In this document: positions 31,734 to 41,882 of the stretch, in pieces
How positions within the stretch are numbered: position 1 is the stretch's first letter
Layout of the letters: every line of letters starts with the position of its first letter
Assembly: GCA_934140575.1 (NCBI GenBank)
Contig: CAKPBJ010000004.1
Location: forward strand, 33,274-97,273
DNA from: an uncultured Bacilli bacterium
GTDB taxonomy: Bacteria > Bacillota_I > Bacilli_A > RF39 > UBA660
Direction: 5' to 3'
DNA: 64,000 bases
The notes under the pieces: generated by a model
Told to the model about the DNA's origin: nothing
Seen by the model: only the letters and a program-made list of their open reading frames with translations
The model's database searches: none
Translations under genes and position numbers: made by a program

Positions 31734-32531
31734 TTAATTTGTAACAATTTTATCTAAACAATACTTTTTCTTTTTTTTGTAACTGTATATAAACAAAGCA
31801 ATTCCTGATATAACAAATAATAATGATACTAGTTGAGCTACTTTTATTTGACCTAGCATTAGCGAATCACTTCTTAGTGTTTCAATTCCAAATCTTACTA
31901 TTCCATACCAGATAAGATATATTGCGGTTAATTGTCCAGTTTTTAATTTCTTTGTAGCTCTTAATATTAATAATAATATAAAACCTATTAATGAGCAAAT
32001 TGATTCATAAAGAAATGTTGGTTCTCTATAAAAACCACTTATATACATCCCATCTATAATGAACTTTGGTAAGTGCATATTTTTTAGTGCTTGTAGGGAA
32101 ATTATATTTCCATATGCTTCTTGATTGAAGAAATTTCCCCATCTTCCTATTGCTTGAGCTATAATTACGCCTACCACCATAATATCTAACATTTGTAGAA
32201 TATTTATTTTGTTTTTTCTTGAGTATATTATTAAAAATATTAGGGCTGATATTAAACCACCATGAATAGCTAATCCACCATTCCAAATAGCAAATATTTG
32301 GGATGGATTGTTTAGGTAGTAATCTAAGTTAAAAATTACATAATATAACCTTGCTCCTAGTATTCCAATTATTAATCCATAAAATATTAAGTTTGTTAAA
32401 TAATTATCTGGTACATTTTTCTTTTTAGATTCTTTAAAAATTATTAAGCATGCCGTTAACATCGCAAGAAATATAAAGAACGAGTACCATTTAATTTGAA
32501 ATATTCCTAAGTTAAGCATTACATCATTCAT
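31734..32531 (-). CDS. lgt: prolipoprotein diacylglyceryl transferase
   Basis: The 265-aa membrane protein carries the Lgt signature (GRWGNFFNQEAYG). Confidence 0.85.
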   Translation of the reverse strand: MNDVMLNLGIFQIKWYSFFIFLAMLTACLIIFKESKKKNVPDNYLTNLIFYGLIIGILGARLYYVIFNLDYYLNNPSQIFAIWNGGLAIHGGLISALIFLIIYSRKNKINILQMLDIMVVGVIIAQAIGRWGNFFNQEAYGNIISLQALKNMHLPKFIIDGMYISGFYREPTFLYESICSLIGFILLLILRATKKLKTGQLTAIYLIWYGIVRFGIETLRSDSLMLGQIKVAQLVSLLFVISGIALFIYSYKKKKKYCLDKIVTN

Positions 32532-32949
32532 GTTTTTTCACCTTACTTAGAATACTTTTTATAATTTCTTCCATTATAAAGTTTGTTACTGAAATAAGTA
32601 TTGCGGCAAAGAATGCTACTAATAAGTTATTTACTTGAAAGTGTGGTCCTAAAAGCCAATCAACTAATTTTAAAATAAAGACATTTATACATGGGTAAAA
32701 CAGTCCTAAAGTTATACCTGTTATTGGTATTGTTAGTGTTATTAATATTGGTTTTATAGTTTTATTTAATAAGTATGTTATAAAAACTATTACTATTGAC
32801 CATATGATTAAGTGATTATTATCTATTACTATACTATTAAATAATGATGTAGTAAGAATAAAGACTATCGTATATCCAATAAAATATAAAGTCCAATCTA
32901 TTAACTTATTTATTCTTACTTTATCTTGTTCTTTTATAATTATTTGCAA
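32524..32949 (-). CDS. YvlD/DUF360-like small membrane protein (phage holin family-4-like superfamily)
   Basis: The 141-aa ORF has 3-4 TM segments and overlaps the lgt start by 8 nt. Confidence 0.45.
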   Translation of the reverse strand: MQIIIKEQDKVRINKLIDWTLYFIGYTIVFILTTSLFNSIVIDNNHLIIWSIVIVFITYLLNKTIKPILITLTIPITGITLGLFYPCINVFILKLVDWLLGPHFQVNNLLVAFFAAILISVTNFIMEEIIKSILSKVKKHE

Positions 32950-32960
32950 TCATCTCACCT

Positions 32961-35774
32961 CTAGAGCATTTTATTTAAGAATTGTCCAGTATAAGATTCT
33001 TTTACTTTTGCTACTTCTTCTGGTGTTCCACAGGCAACTATTTGTCCACCTTCATCTCCACCTTCTGGACCTAAGTCGATAATATAGTCTGCTACTTTTA
33101 TTACATCTAAGTTATGTTCTATAACGACTACCGTATCTTTATTATCTACTATTTTTTGAAGAATTGCAAGAAGTCGTTTTATGTCATCTGTGTGTAATCC
33201 TGTTGTTGGTTCATCTAGGACAAATAGTGTTTTTCCGGTTGCTCTTTTCTGTAACTCTTTTGCTAATTTTACTCTTTCAGCTTCTCCTCCTGATAGTGTT
33301 GGTGCACTTTGGCCAAGCTTAATATATCCTAGTCCTACATCTTCTAATACTTGTAGTTTTTGTTTTATTTTTGGGACATTATCAAAAAATTCTAATGCTT
33401 CTTTGACCCTCATATCTAATACTTCTGCAATATTTCTTCCTTTATATTTTATGTTTAGAGTTTCTCTATTATAACGAGTTCCGTGACATACTTCACAAGG
33501 AACATAAACATCTGGTAGGAAATGCATCTCTATTTTCTTTACACCATCTCCTCTACAAGCTTCACAGCGACCACCTTTTACATTAAATGAAAATCTGTTT
33601 TTTTCGAATCCGTACATTTTAGCTTCTTTTGTTGTTGTGAATAGTGTTCTTATATCATCAAATACTCCTGTATAAGTTGCTGGATTTGACCTTGGTGTTC
33701 TTCCTATAGGATTTTGAGAAATTGCAACTATTTTATCAATATTATCTATTCCTAAAATTTTTTTATGTTTTCCTGGTTTTTCTTTACTATGGTATAATTC
33801 TTGAGATATTTTCTTTACTAGTATTTCATTTATTAATGAACTTTTTCCACTGCCTGATACTCCAGTTATACACGTAAAAGTTCCAAGAGGAATATCTACA
33901 TCAATATTTTTCAAGTTGTGTTCTTCTGCCCCTCTTATCTTCAAATACTTTTTATTACCTTTTCTTCTAGTTTTTGGAATTTCTATTCTTTTTTTGCCAC
34001 TTAAATATTGTCCAGTTATGCTTTTTTCATTTTTCATAACTTCTTCTGGAGTTCCACAGGCAACTATTTGTCCACCTTGATCTCCAGCTCCTGGTCCAAT
34101 ATCAACTAGATAATCACAAGCTCTCATTGTATCTTCATCATGTTCTACTACTATAAGAGTATTTCCTAAATCACGCATCTCAAGCATTGACTTTATTAAT
34201 TTTTCATTGTCTCTTTGATGAAGTCCAATACTAGGTTCATCTAAAACATATAAAACTCCCGTTAAATGAGAACCTATTTGAGTAGCAAGTCTAATTCTTT
34301 GAGCTTCTCCACCTGATAATGTACCTGCACTTCTACTTAATGTTAAATATTCTAATCCAACATTTTTTAAGAAGTTTAGTCTATCTTCTATTTCTTTTAA
34401 TATAAGTTTTGCAATTTCTTGTTTTTCTTTAGAAAGCTTTAATTTACTAAAGAAATTTACTAATTCTTTAATACTCATTTTTGTAACTTGATAAATATTT
34501 TTTCCTCCAACTTTTACTTGAAGTACATCATCATTTAATCTAGCGCCTTTACAAGTATCACATTCATATTCAATCATATAATTTTCTAGCCATTCTCTTA
34601 TCCATGTTGAACTAGTTTCCATATATCTTCTTTGAAGATTATTAATAATTCCTTCATAAAATGAATTTGAATTCATTATATTCCCGCTTTTTGTTGAATA
34701 ATTAAAATGAATTACTTCATCTGATCCATATAAAATCATATCTTTTTGTTTTTTAGTTAATTTAGAAAAAGGTTTATCCATATCAATTTTATAATGATTA
34801 CAAACACATTGTAATTTTTTGTAATCCATATTTTCTTGATCATCACTTAGTGTCTTTATTGCACCTTCATTAATTGATATATTTTTATCTGGAATTACTA
34901 AGTCTGGGTCAATTTGTAATTTTATTCCTAAACCTTTACATTCTGGACATGCTCCATATGGGGCATTGAAACTAAACAATCTTGGTTCAAGTTCTGGTAG
35001 ACTAAATTCACAATGAGGACATGCAAATTGTTCTGAAAAGACTATTTCTTTCTTGTCTTCTCCAAGAATTTGAATGACTACTTTGCCATTTGATAATTTT
35101 GTTGATTGTTCTATTGCTTCGAAAAGTCTACTTCTTGATTCTTCCTTTAAAACAATTCTATCTATTACTACATCAATTTTATCTTTTACATTTTTATCTA
35201 GAGTTATGTCTTCACTTAAATCATACATTTCGCCATTTACTCTGACTCTTATATATCCTTCTTTTCTCAACTTATCTAATAAATCTTTATGTGTTCCTTT
35301 TTCTCCATGAACTACAGGTGACAAAATAATCATTTTTGTTCCTATAGGATATTCCATGATCTTATTTGTCATTTCTTCTACACTTTGAGAAGATATTGGA
35401 ATATTATGATTTGGACAATATGGAGTCCCCACTCTTGCGAATAATAGTCTTAAGTAATCATATATTTCTGTCACTGTTCCCACTGTTGATCTTGGATTAT
35501 TAGAAGTTGTTTTTTGATCAATACTAATTGCTGGAGATAGACCTTCAATCGAATCAACATCTGGTTTTTCTGAGCCACCTAAAAATTGTCTAGCATATGC
35601 TGATAGGCTTTCTACATATCTTCTTTGTCCCTCAGCATAAATTGTATCAAAAGCTAATGAACTTTTTCCACTTCCAGATAATCCTGTCATAACAATCATT
35701 TTATTTTTTGGTAATTCAATACTTACATTTTTTAAATTATTTTCCCTTGCACCTTTTACTATAATTTTATCCAT
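32961..35774 (-). CDS. uvrA: excinuclease ABC subunit A
   Basis: Two ABC ATPase modules (GLSGSGKSS, GVSGSGKSS) and zinc-finger Cys clusters are present. The likely start is MDKIIVKGAREN at 35774, preceded by AGGTGA. Confidence 0.95.
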   Translation of the reverse strand: MDKIIVKGARENNLKNVSIELPKNKMIVMTGLSGSGKSSLAFDTIYAEGQRRYVESLSAYARQFLGGSEKPDVDSIEGLSPAISIDQKTTSNNPRSTVGTVTEIYDYLRLLFARVGTPYCPNHNIPISSQSVEEMTNKIMEYPIGTKMIILSPVVHGEKGTHKDLLDKLRKEGYIRVRVNGEMYDLSEDITLDKNVKDKIDVVIDRIVLKEESRSRLFEAIEQSTKLSNGKVVIQILGEDKKEIVFSEQFACPHCEFSLPELEPRLFSFNAPYGACPECKGLGIKLQIDPDLVIPDKNISINEGAIKTLSDDQENMDYKKLQCVCNHYKIDMDKPFSKLTKKQKDMILYGSDEVIHFNYSTKSGNIMNSNSFYEGIINNLQRRYMETSSTWIREWLENYMIEYECDTCKGARLNDDVLQVKVGGKNIYQVTKMSIKELVNFFSKLKLSKEKQEIAKLILKEIEDRLNFLKNVGLEYLTLSRSAGTLSGGEAQRIRLATQIGSHLTGVLYVLDEPSIGLHQRDNEKLIKSMLEMRDLGNTLIVVEHDEDTMRACDYLVDIGPGAGDQGGQIVACGTPEEVMKNEKSITGQYLSGKKRIEIPKTRRKGNKKYLKIRGAEEHNLKNIDVDIPLGTFTCITGVSGSGKSSLINEILVKKISQELYHSKEKPGKHKKILGIDNIDKIVAISQNPIGRTPRSNPATYTGVFDDIRTLFTTTKEAKMYGFEKNRFSFNVKGGRCEACRGDGVKKIEMHFLPDVYVPCEVCHGTRYNRETLNIKYKGRNIAEVLDMRVKEALEFFDNVPKIKQKLQVLEDVGLGYIKLGQSAPTLSGGEAERVKLAKELQKRATGKTLFVLDEPTTGLHTDDIKRLLAILQKIVDNKDTVVVIEHNLDVIKVADYIIDLGPEGGDEGGQIVACGTPEEVAKVKESYTGQFLNKML

Positions 35775-35875
35775 ACTCTTCACCTGTCGTATATTATACC
35801 ACAAATTATTTTATTTATACTCTTAAAGATTTTTTTTGTTGGGATGTTTATGATATATTATTATTAGGTGATATT

Positions 35876-37321
35876 ATGGAAGATACATTATTGACTACTT
35901 TTATTATAGGATATGAAGAGGTTAATTTATTTAATGTTCCAAGAAATGTTCAAATATTAAGATATAATGATTTAAATTCTATTAATGAAGCACTTGGTAA
36001 ATATATTTCTTTTATCGATTGTGAAGATAATATTAGTGACAATTATTTTGATATTATATTGAATAAGATAAAGTGCGAAGAGTTTGATTCATGTTTTATT
36101 AATTATAAAATTAATTATCCCTTTAAAAGAGAGTTAAAGCTTAGATTAGAAGAAAGTGAAATGAGTACTTATATTCCAAAAAATGGTGAATATATTTGGA
36201 ACTTTATTTTTAATAAGGAAAAGTTATTATGTTATTTTAAGGAGATTAATAAGAAATATTTAATTAGTGGTGAATGTATTGAGGATGAAGTTTTTAAGAA
36301 AAGAAGTGTTATTACTGATTTAATATACTTTCATAATAAAGATGGAGAGTTCATTAATATTTGTGGTCTTGTGAATAGAAAAGAAGCTAAGTACTTTAAA
36401 AATATTATTTATATGGGTAATTTTTGTAATGGACTATTTAATGGTTATATAACATGGTTAAGAGAGATTTATAATGCTTTTCCTTCTTTAGATATTTGTC
36501 TTATTTATACAGAGATTAATGATATTATTTTATGTGAGTTTAATAAGTATTTTAAGTGTGTTAAGTACGATTCTTGTGTTGATTATGTTTGCTGTAATTT
36601 AATTACTACCTATTCTACTTATTTTTATCCGATGAATATTTATAGTTTAAATGAATGTAGTTTGTTTATTCATGGTAACATGGCTGATTACGAGGCTTCT
36701 GCTAGGTTTTATAATGATATTTATGATAGATATATTGCAGTATCTCGTATTTCAAGAGATAGAGCTATTGGATATTTTCCTACTGATAATATTGAATATA
36801 TTTATAATCCATATACATATGATAAATCAAAGATTAAACCACATTTAAAACTAGTTTCTGCTTTAAGAAATGCTCCTGAGAAAGGAATTGATAGAATAAA
36901 GAAAATGGGTAGAATTCTTGATATTTTGAATATTCCATATACTTGGGAAGTGTTTACTGACATAGTTGAGGCTAATCAAGGTGGATTACTGTTTAGAAAT
37001 TGTGTTACTAATATAATTGATTATATACAGGATGCAGATTACTTAGTTCAATTTAGTAGGACTGAAGCATTATCTTATTCATTAACAGAAGCATTATCTT
37101 CTAATGTGAAAGTTATTGTATGTGATATTCCAGCAATAGTCGAGTTAGGGATTGTTGATGGTGTTAATGGTATTGTGATATCTTTAGATGATTTTAATGA
37201 TGGAAGAGAAGATATATTAAAAGAAAAAATCCTTGAAGCATATAGAATCAAGGATAAGAAAATAAATTATAAATATGATAGAAGTAGATTTGAAGCTTTA
37301 GAAGATGTATTTAGTAAATAG
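35876..37321 (+). CDS. Cys-rich glycosyltransferase-like protein (C-terminal GT1/GT4-type domain)
   Basis: The 481-aa ORF has a C-terminal Rossmann domain with EX7E-like motifs (SRTEALSYSLTEALSS) typical of GT4 enzymes. The N-terminal roughly 300 aa are divergent and contain about 20 Cys. Confidence 0.55.
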   Translation: MEDTLLTTFIIGYEEVNLFNVPRNVQILRYNDLNSINEALGKYISFIDCEDNISDNYFDIILNKIKCEEFDSCFINYKINYPFKRELKLRLEESEMSTYIPKNGEYIWNFIFNKEKLLCYFKEINKKYLISGECIEDEVFKKRSVITDLIYFHNKDGEFINICGLVNRKEAKYFKNIIYMGNFCNGLFNGYITWLREIYNAFPSLDICLIYTEINDIILCEFNKYFKCVKYDSCVDYVCCNLITTYSTYFYPMNIYSLNECSLFIHGNMADYEASARFYNDIYDRYIAVSRISRDRAIGYFPTDNIEYIYNPYTYDKSKIKPHLKLVSALRNAPEKGIDRIKKMGRILDILNIPYTWEVFTDIVEANQGGLLFRNCVTNIIDYIQDADYLVQFSRTEALSYSLTEALSSNVKVIVCDIPAIVELGIVDGVNGIVISLDDFNDGREDILKEKILEAYRIKDKKINYKYDRSRFEALEDVFSK

Positions 37322-37323
37322 AA

Positions 37324-38157
37324 TTAACTATTGAGTCTTTCTTTAAAAGTACATGATTGGCATAATTTTTCACAAGGTTTTCTATCTTGAAATGATTTTT
37401 TTAATGATATGTATTTTTCTGAATTAATTATTTCTTCTAGGCTTTCTTTGAATATATTACCAAGATTAACTACTCCATTTGAATCAAGACAACAAGGAAC
37501 TACTGTTCCATCTACTAATATACCTATTTGAGTTTTTAAGGCATAGCAATAACCATTACTTTTATGAGTTGTTACTTCTGGCCAAGAAAACTCATTATCT
37601 TTATCCACATATATTGTGGATTTTATTTTTATGTTATTAGATGTATAAATTTTATCAACAGTTTCTTGTGGTAAATTATAATATTTTTTTATTTTATTAA
37701 CAATTTCTTGTGACTTACTATCTAATTGATTATTTTTTAAAGTCCATAAACGATATATTATAATTTTATCTTTTAATAATTCCACTTTTTTAAATATTTC
37801 TTCACAGTAATTATCAAGACTATTTTCTGAATGAAGAGAGAAATTTATTTTGCGTAGTGAGTTACATTCACTTAACTCTTTTGCTACTTTACTAAATAAT
37901 GTACCATTTGTTGTAAGGTTTACTTTTAAATTATACTTATCTGCAAGGCGTAAGAACTCTATAATATTTGGATGAAGTAATGGTTCTCCTTTAATATGAA
38001 GATATATATAGTCGGTGTAGTCTTTTATTTTTATTAAAATATTTTCAAACTCTTCTGTTGTCATAAATCTTCTTTTTCTTTTTACTTCACTGCAAAAACT
38101 GCATTTTAGATTACAATTATTGGTAATTTCTATATAAATTTTTTTGTATTTTTTCAT
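37324..38157 (-). CDS. radical SAM/SPASM-domain protein
   Basis: The N-terminal CNLKCSFC motif is a CxxxCxxC cluster, and GEPLL is present. A C-terminal Cys cluster (CCLD...CEKLCQSC) is typical of SPASM/twitch domains. Its ATG overlaps the uvrB TGA as ATGA. Confidence 0.7.
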   Translation of the reverse strand: MKKYKKIYIEITNNCNLKCSFCSEVKRKRRFMTTEEFENILIKIKDYTDYIYLHIKGEPLLHPNIIEFLRLADKYNLKVNLTTNGTLFSKVAKELSECNSLRKINFSLHSENSLDNYCEEIFKKVELLKDKIIIYRLWTLKNNQLDSKSQEIVNKIKKYYNLPQETVDKIYTSNNIKIKSTIYVDKDNEFSWPEVTTHKSNGYCYALKTQIGILVDGTVVPCCLDSNGVVNLGNIFKESLEEIINSEKYISLKKSFQDRKPCEKLCQSCTFKERLNS

Positions 38158-40106
38158 AGTGTTGTCTTCATTTCAAATAAGATATCACGTAATTCCATTG
38201 CTCTTTCAAAGTCAAGGTCTTTTGCAGCTTTTCTCATTTCTGCTTCGATACTATCTATTTCTTTCATTATTTCTTTCTTAGTTCTCTTCTTCTTTGTCTT
38301 TGTATCTGCATTAGCATTATTTGTGATAATGTCTCTTATATCCTTCTTTATTGTTTGTGGAACTATACCATGTTCTTCATTATATTTTTCCTGAATTTTT
38401 CTACGTCTTGCAGTTTCAGTAATTGCTTCATTCATAGAGTCTGTTATTTTATCACCATACATTATTACGTGACCATTTGCGTTTCTTGCACATCTTCCGA
38501 TAGTTTGAATAAGACTTCTTGTACTACGTAAGAATCCTTCTTTATCAGCATCAAGTATGGCAATTAATGATACTTCTGGAATGTCTAGACCTTCTCTTAA
38601 CAAGTTGATTCCTACAAGTACGTCGTATTTTTTGGCTCTTACATCATGAATTATTTGCATTCTCTCTAATGTTTTTACTTCACTATGAAGATAAGCAACT
38701 TTTATGTCTAACTCTTTTAGGTAATTTGTTAATTCCTCTGCCATTCTAATAGTTAAGGTTGTGATTAGTACTCTTTCATCTTTTTTGATTCTTTCATTTA
38801 TCTCACCAACAAGATCATCAATTTGACCTTCAGTTTTTCTTACTTCTATTGTTGGATCTAATAATCCTGTCGGTCTAATAATTTGTTCTACATATTGATT
38901 ATTTGTATGTTCTAATTCTAAATCACCTGGTGTTGCGGAAACATATATGGCTTGATTTATCTTTTTTTCAAATTCATCATACTTTAAAGGTCTATTATCT
39001 AGGGCACTTGGAAGTCTAAATCCATAATCAACTAAATTCATTTTTCTAGCTCTGTCACCATTATACATACCTCTAACTTGTGGTAATGTAACGTGAGATT
39101 CGTCTACTACTAATAAATAATCATCTGGGAAGAAGTCCATTAATGTCGTTGGTGTTTCTCCTGGCTTTCTTCCGGCCATTGGTGCAGAATAATTCTCTAT
39201 TCCTGAACAAAATCCTGTTTCTTCTAGCATCTCTAAATCATAATTTGTTCTTTGTTCTAGACGTTCTGCAGCAAGTAATTTATTTTCATTCTTTAACACT
39301 TCCAATCTGTCTTTTAATTCAAGTTTAATTCTTTCAATTGCTGATTTTAATTTTTCATCACTTACCACGAAGTGACTTGCGGGGAAGATGCTTACATTTT
39401 TCATATTTTTTAATATTGTACCAGTTAATGTGTCTATTTCACAAATTCTATCTATTTCCTCATCAAAAAATTCTATTCTATATCCTATTGTATTTTGATT
39501 TGCTGGAATAATTTCTAATGTATCTCCTCTTACTCTGAATGTACCACGCTTAAAGTCTAAATCATTTCTTTCATACAACATTTCAACTAACTTTGTTAGA
39601 ACTTGTTCTCTTGATGTGTTTTCTCCAACACTTAGAGTTAACATTTTGTTTTTATATTCTTCTACTTCACCAATACCATAAATACATGATACTGATGATA
39701 CTACTATTACATCTCTTCTACTAATAAGGGCAGAAGTTGCGGCATGACGTAATTCATCTATTTCATCATTAATTGATGAGTCTTTTTCTATGTAAGTATC
39801 AGTTGATGGAACATATGCTTCAGGTTGATAATAATCATAATAAGATACAAAATATTCTACTCTATTTTCAGGAAATAATTCTTTTAATTCACTGTATAAC
39901 TGACCAGCAAGAGTTTTATTATGAGCAAGAACTAGAGTTGGCTTATTTGTTCTTGCGATTACATTAGCTATAGTGAAAGTTTTTCCTGTTCCAGTAGCGC
40001 CTAGTAAAACTTGTTCTTTTTTTCCTTCTTCTAATCCTTTTACTAGTTTGTTAATTGCTTGTGGTTGGTCACCTGCTGGTTCATAATGTGCGTGTAATTT
40101 AAACAT
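38154..40106 (-). CDS. uvrB: excinuclease ABC subunit B
   Basis: The helicase motifs ([13 protein letters not shown]) are present, and the C-terminal UVR domain reads [15 protein letters not shown]. The likely start is [10 protein letters not shown] at 40106, preceded by GGAGGGAGG. Confidence 0.95.
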   Translation of the reverse strand: MFKLHAHYEPAGDQPQAINKLVKGLEEGKKEQVLLGATGTGKTFTIANVIARTNKPTLVLAHNKTLAGQLYSELKELFPENRVEYFVSYYDYYQPEAYVPSTDTYIEKDSSINDEIDELRHAATSALISRRDVIVVSSVSCIYGIGEVEEYKNKMLTLSVGENTSREQVLTKLVEMLYERNDLDFKRGTFRVRGDTLEIIPANQNTIGYRIEFFDEEIDRICEIDTLTGTILKNMKNVSIFPASHFVVSDEKLKSAIERIKLELKDRLEVLKNENKLLAAERLEQRTNYDLEMLEETGFCSGIENYSAPMAGRKPGETPTTLMDFFPDDYLLVVDESHVTLPQVRGMYNGDRARKMNLVDYGFRLPSALDNRPLKYDEFEKKINQAIYVSATPGDLELEHTNNQYVEQIIRPTGLLDPTIEVRKTEGQIDDLVGEINERIKKDERVLITTLTIRMAEELTNYLKELDIKVAYLHSEVKTLERMQIIHDVRAKKYDVLVGINLLREGLDIPEVSLIAILDADKEGFLRSTRSLIQTIGRCARNANGHVIMYGDKITDSMNEAITETARRRKIQEKYNEEHGIVPQTIKKDIRDIITNNANADTKTKKKRTKKEIMKEIDSIEAEMRKAAKDLDFERAMELRDILFEMKTTL

Positions 40107-40242
40107 TTTTTTCCTCCCTCCTTTATAACTTTCTGTGACTTTTTTTGAACTTTTAAAAGTATAACTGTCAGCCAACTATTAGTCCCTAAATTTGTCCTCA
40201 TTGCTTATAATTTAATGGTTAAATTGATACTTTTTTCTTTGG

Positions 40243-40263
40243 GACGAATGAAAGTCACAAATT
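40243..40263 (+). repeat. 21-nt direct repeat, copy 1 (gggacgaatgaaagtcacaaa)
   Basis: An exact 21-mer recurs at 47537-47557 in the same orientation, with extended similarity of about 30 nt. The two copies bracket the accessory segment. Confidence 0.8.
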
Positions 40264-40433
40264 TTATTTTCTGGACTAAATAACATTAAACAACATTAGA
40301 TGGCGTTTTCGCTATATTATTTTATCATTTTTCCCTTGAAAAAACAAGGTAATCGCAAAAATACCCTATTCTTATTATCATCTATTTTTTAATTAAAATA
40401 CTGTTAATTCATTTAAAATATTTTCATCAATAG

Positions 40434-41135
40434 AAATATCAGATTCGTCCCCAATTTGTATTTCTAATTATTGGTACCGCAATTTATGCAGCAGCATATA
40501 ATTTATTTTTCTTTAAGAATAGCATAGTATTTGGTGGTGCAAGTGGTATATCAATAATTACCCAAAAGATAATAGATCCTTCTGTTATGATACTTATCTT
40601 AAACGTATTTTTCCTGATTTTAAGTTTGTTTTTATTAGGAAAAAGAAAAAACCTAGATTCGGTTGTAGGTTCTGTTTTATTTCCACTATTTGTTAAATTT
40701 ACGGCAAATATAGGAGATTATATTCATATTTCAAACGATAATTTACTTTTAATATCAATAGTAGGCGGTGTATGCGTAGGTACTGCATCTGATATTATAT
40801 TTAAAAGTTGATTTACAACTGGTGGAACTGATATATCAAACCAAGTAGTAGCAAGATATTTTAAAGTTTCAATCGGAACTTCTATGCTAATGACTGATGG
40901 ACTTTCAGCGTTTAATGTATCGGTTGGACAAATAGTTACTAAAGATACTGTAATAGGAAAATCAGGAAATACCGGTAATTCAACAGGACCACACTTACAT
41001 TTAGGATTAGCAAATGGTAGGTGATATGCTGACTATTATTCATATTATGGAAATAATTGTTTTATAGGACATTCATTTAACCCAAGAAATATAATAGGAT
41101 TTCCGGTAAAAGGACAGAACTATTATAACAGATAA
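40434..41135 (+). pseudogene. chimeric pseudogene: YitT-family N-terminal part joined to an M23-peptidase C-terminal fragment
   Basis: The translation QIRPQFVFLIIGTAIYAAAYNLF...FTTGGTDI matches residues about 20-175 of the YitT paralogue at 55275-56153. It then continues in frame into VGQIVTKDTVIGKSGNTGNSTGPHLHLGLANG, which is M23-like (compare GYMGNTGYSFGCHLHLE at 51576-52733). In-frame stops lie at 40809 and 41022, and no start codon is present. Confidence 0.7.
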
Positions 41136-41319
41136 AAAAATCTAAAAAAGTCAAGTTTTTAACTTTGATTTTTTTTAATTTACGTCAAGAAAAATATTGA
41201 TTTTTGTCGAATTTTGTGGTATTTTTTTATAGTAGGATAGCCGATTCTAAGTGGTTTAGTGGTTATCTAAAAGAAGCATTAAATGTCTTCAATATTTCAT
41301 ACAAAAGGAGGCGAATAAC

Positions 41320-41847
41320 GTGAATCAAAAGGAAAAGAAAGGGTTAATAGCTTTAGTAATACTACTTGTAGTAGCTATTGGTGTTGGTTTTGCAGCATCA
41401 CAAGACGCAGTAAATATTACTGGTACTGCAAGCGCTGTTGCAACGGATTTTGATATTCAGTTTAAAACTGATGCTGAAATAACAATACAAAAAAGTGCTG
41501 GTGCTGCAATAGCTGCTTCAGGTGCTTATGGTGCTAATGGAAATGCTGATGCTACAATGACTGTTTCTGGATTAAAGAACGCTGGTGATTATGCAGAAGC
41601 AACTTATACTATCATAAACAAAAGTACTGATGTAAACGCTGACATTACAGCAAAAGTATCATCTGCTATTGAAGATGCAGATCATTATAATGTTGAAGTA
41701 ACAGGTGGTGCAAATGGTGTTGCTCCAGATGCAACAACTACTGTAACAGTTAAAGTTACACTAATCAAAGCTTTTGCTGATGATACAGCTGCAAAGACAG
41801 CAAAATCATTCAAAATTACAGCAACTGGTGTAGCAGCTGAAAAATAA
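41320..41847 (+). CDS. small secreted protein with SipW-cognate-type signal peptide (TasA/BsaA-like matrix-fibre subunit candidate)
   Basis: The 175-aa ORF uses a GTG start after AAAGGAGG. It has a K-rich N-region, an h-region, then FAASQDAVNITGTASAV. The mature part is Ala/Thr/Gly/Val-rich and acidic. Confidence 0.55.
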   Translation: MNQKEKKGLIALVILLVVAIGVGFAASQDAVNITGTASAVATDFDIQFKTDAEITIQKSAGAAIAASGAYGANGNADATMTVSGLKNAGDYAEATYTIINKSTDVNADITAKVSSAIEDADHYNVEVTGGANGVAPDATTTVTVKVTLIKAFADDTAAKTAKSFKITATGVAAEK

Positions 41848-41882
41848 TATTTGAAAGAAATTAATTAAGGAGGAGGTATATC

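Noticed and set aside
40107-40240. A LexA/Cheo box (CGAAC-N4-GTTCG or GAAC-N4-GTTC) upstream of uvrB.
   Set aside because: Only an AT-only palindrome (AACTTTTAAAAGTT) is present. No GAAC...GTTC pair with the correct spacing exists.
40807-40811. An in-frame TGA inside the YitT-like fragment could mean TGA encodes Trp, as in the Mollicutes genetic code.
   Set aside because: uvrB ends with TGA overlapping the next ATG, the prfB frameshift cassette uses TGA as a stop, and long Trp-containing ORFs such as uvrA and secY are intact under code 11. The fragment also lacks a start codon and has a second stop, so it is a pseudogene.
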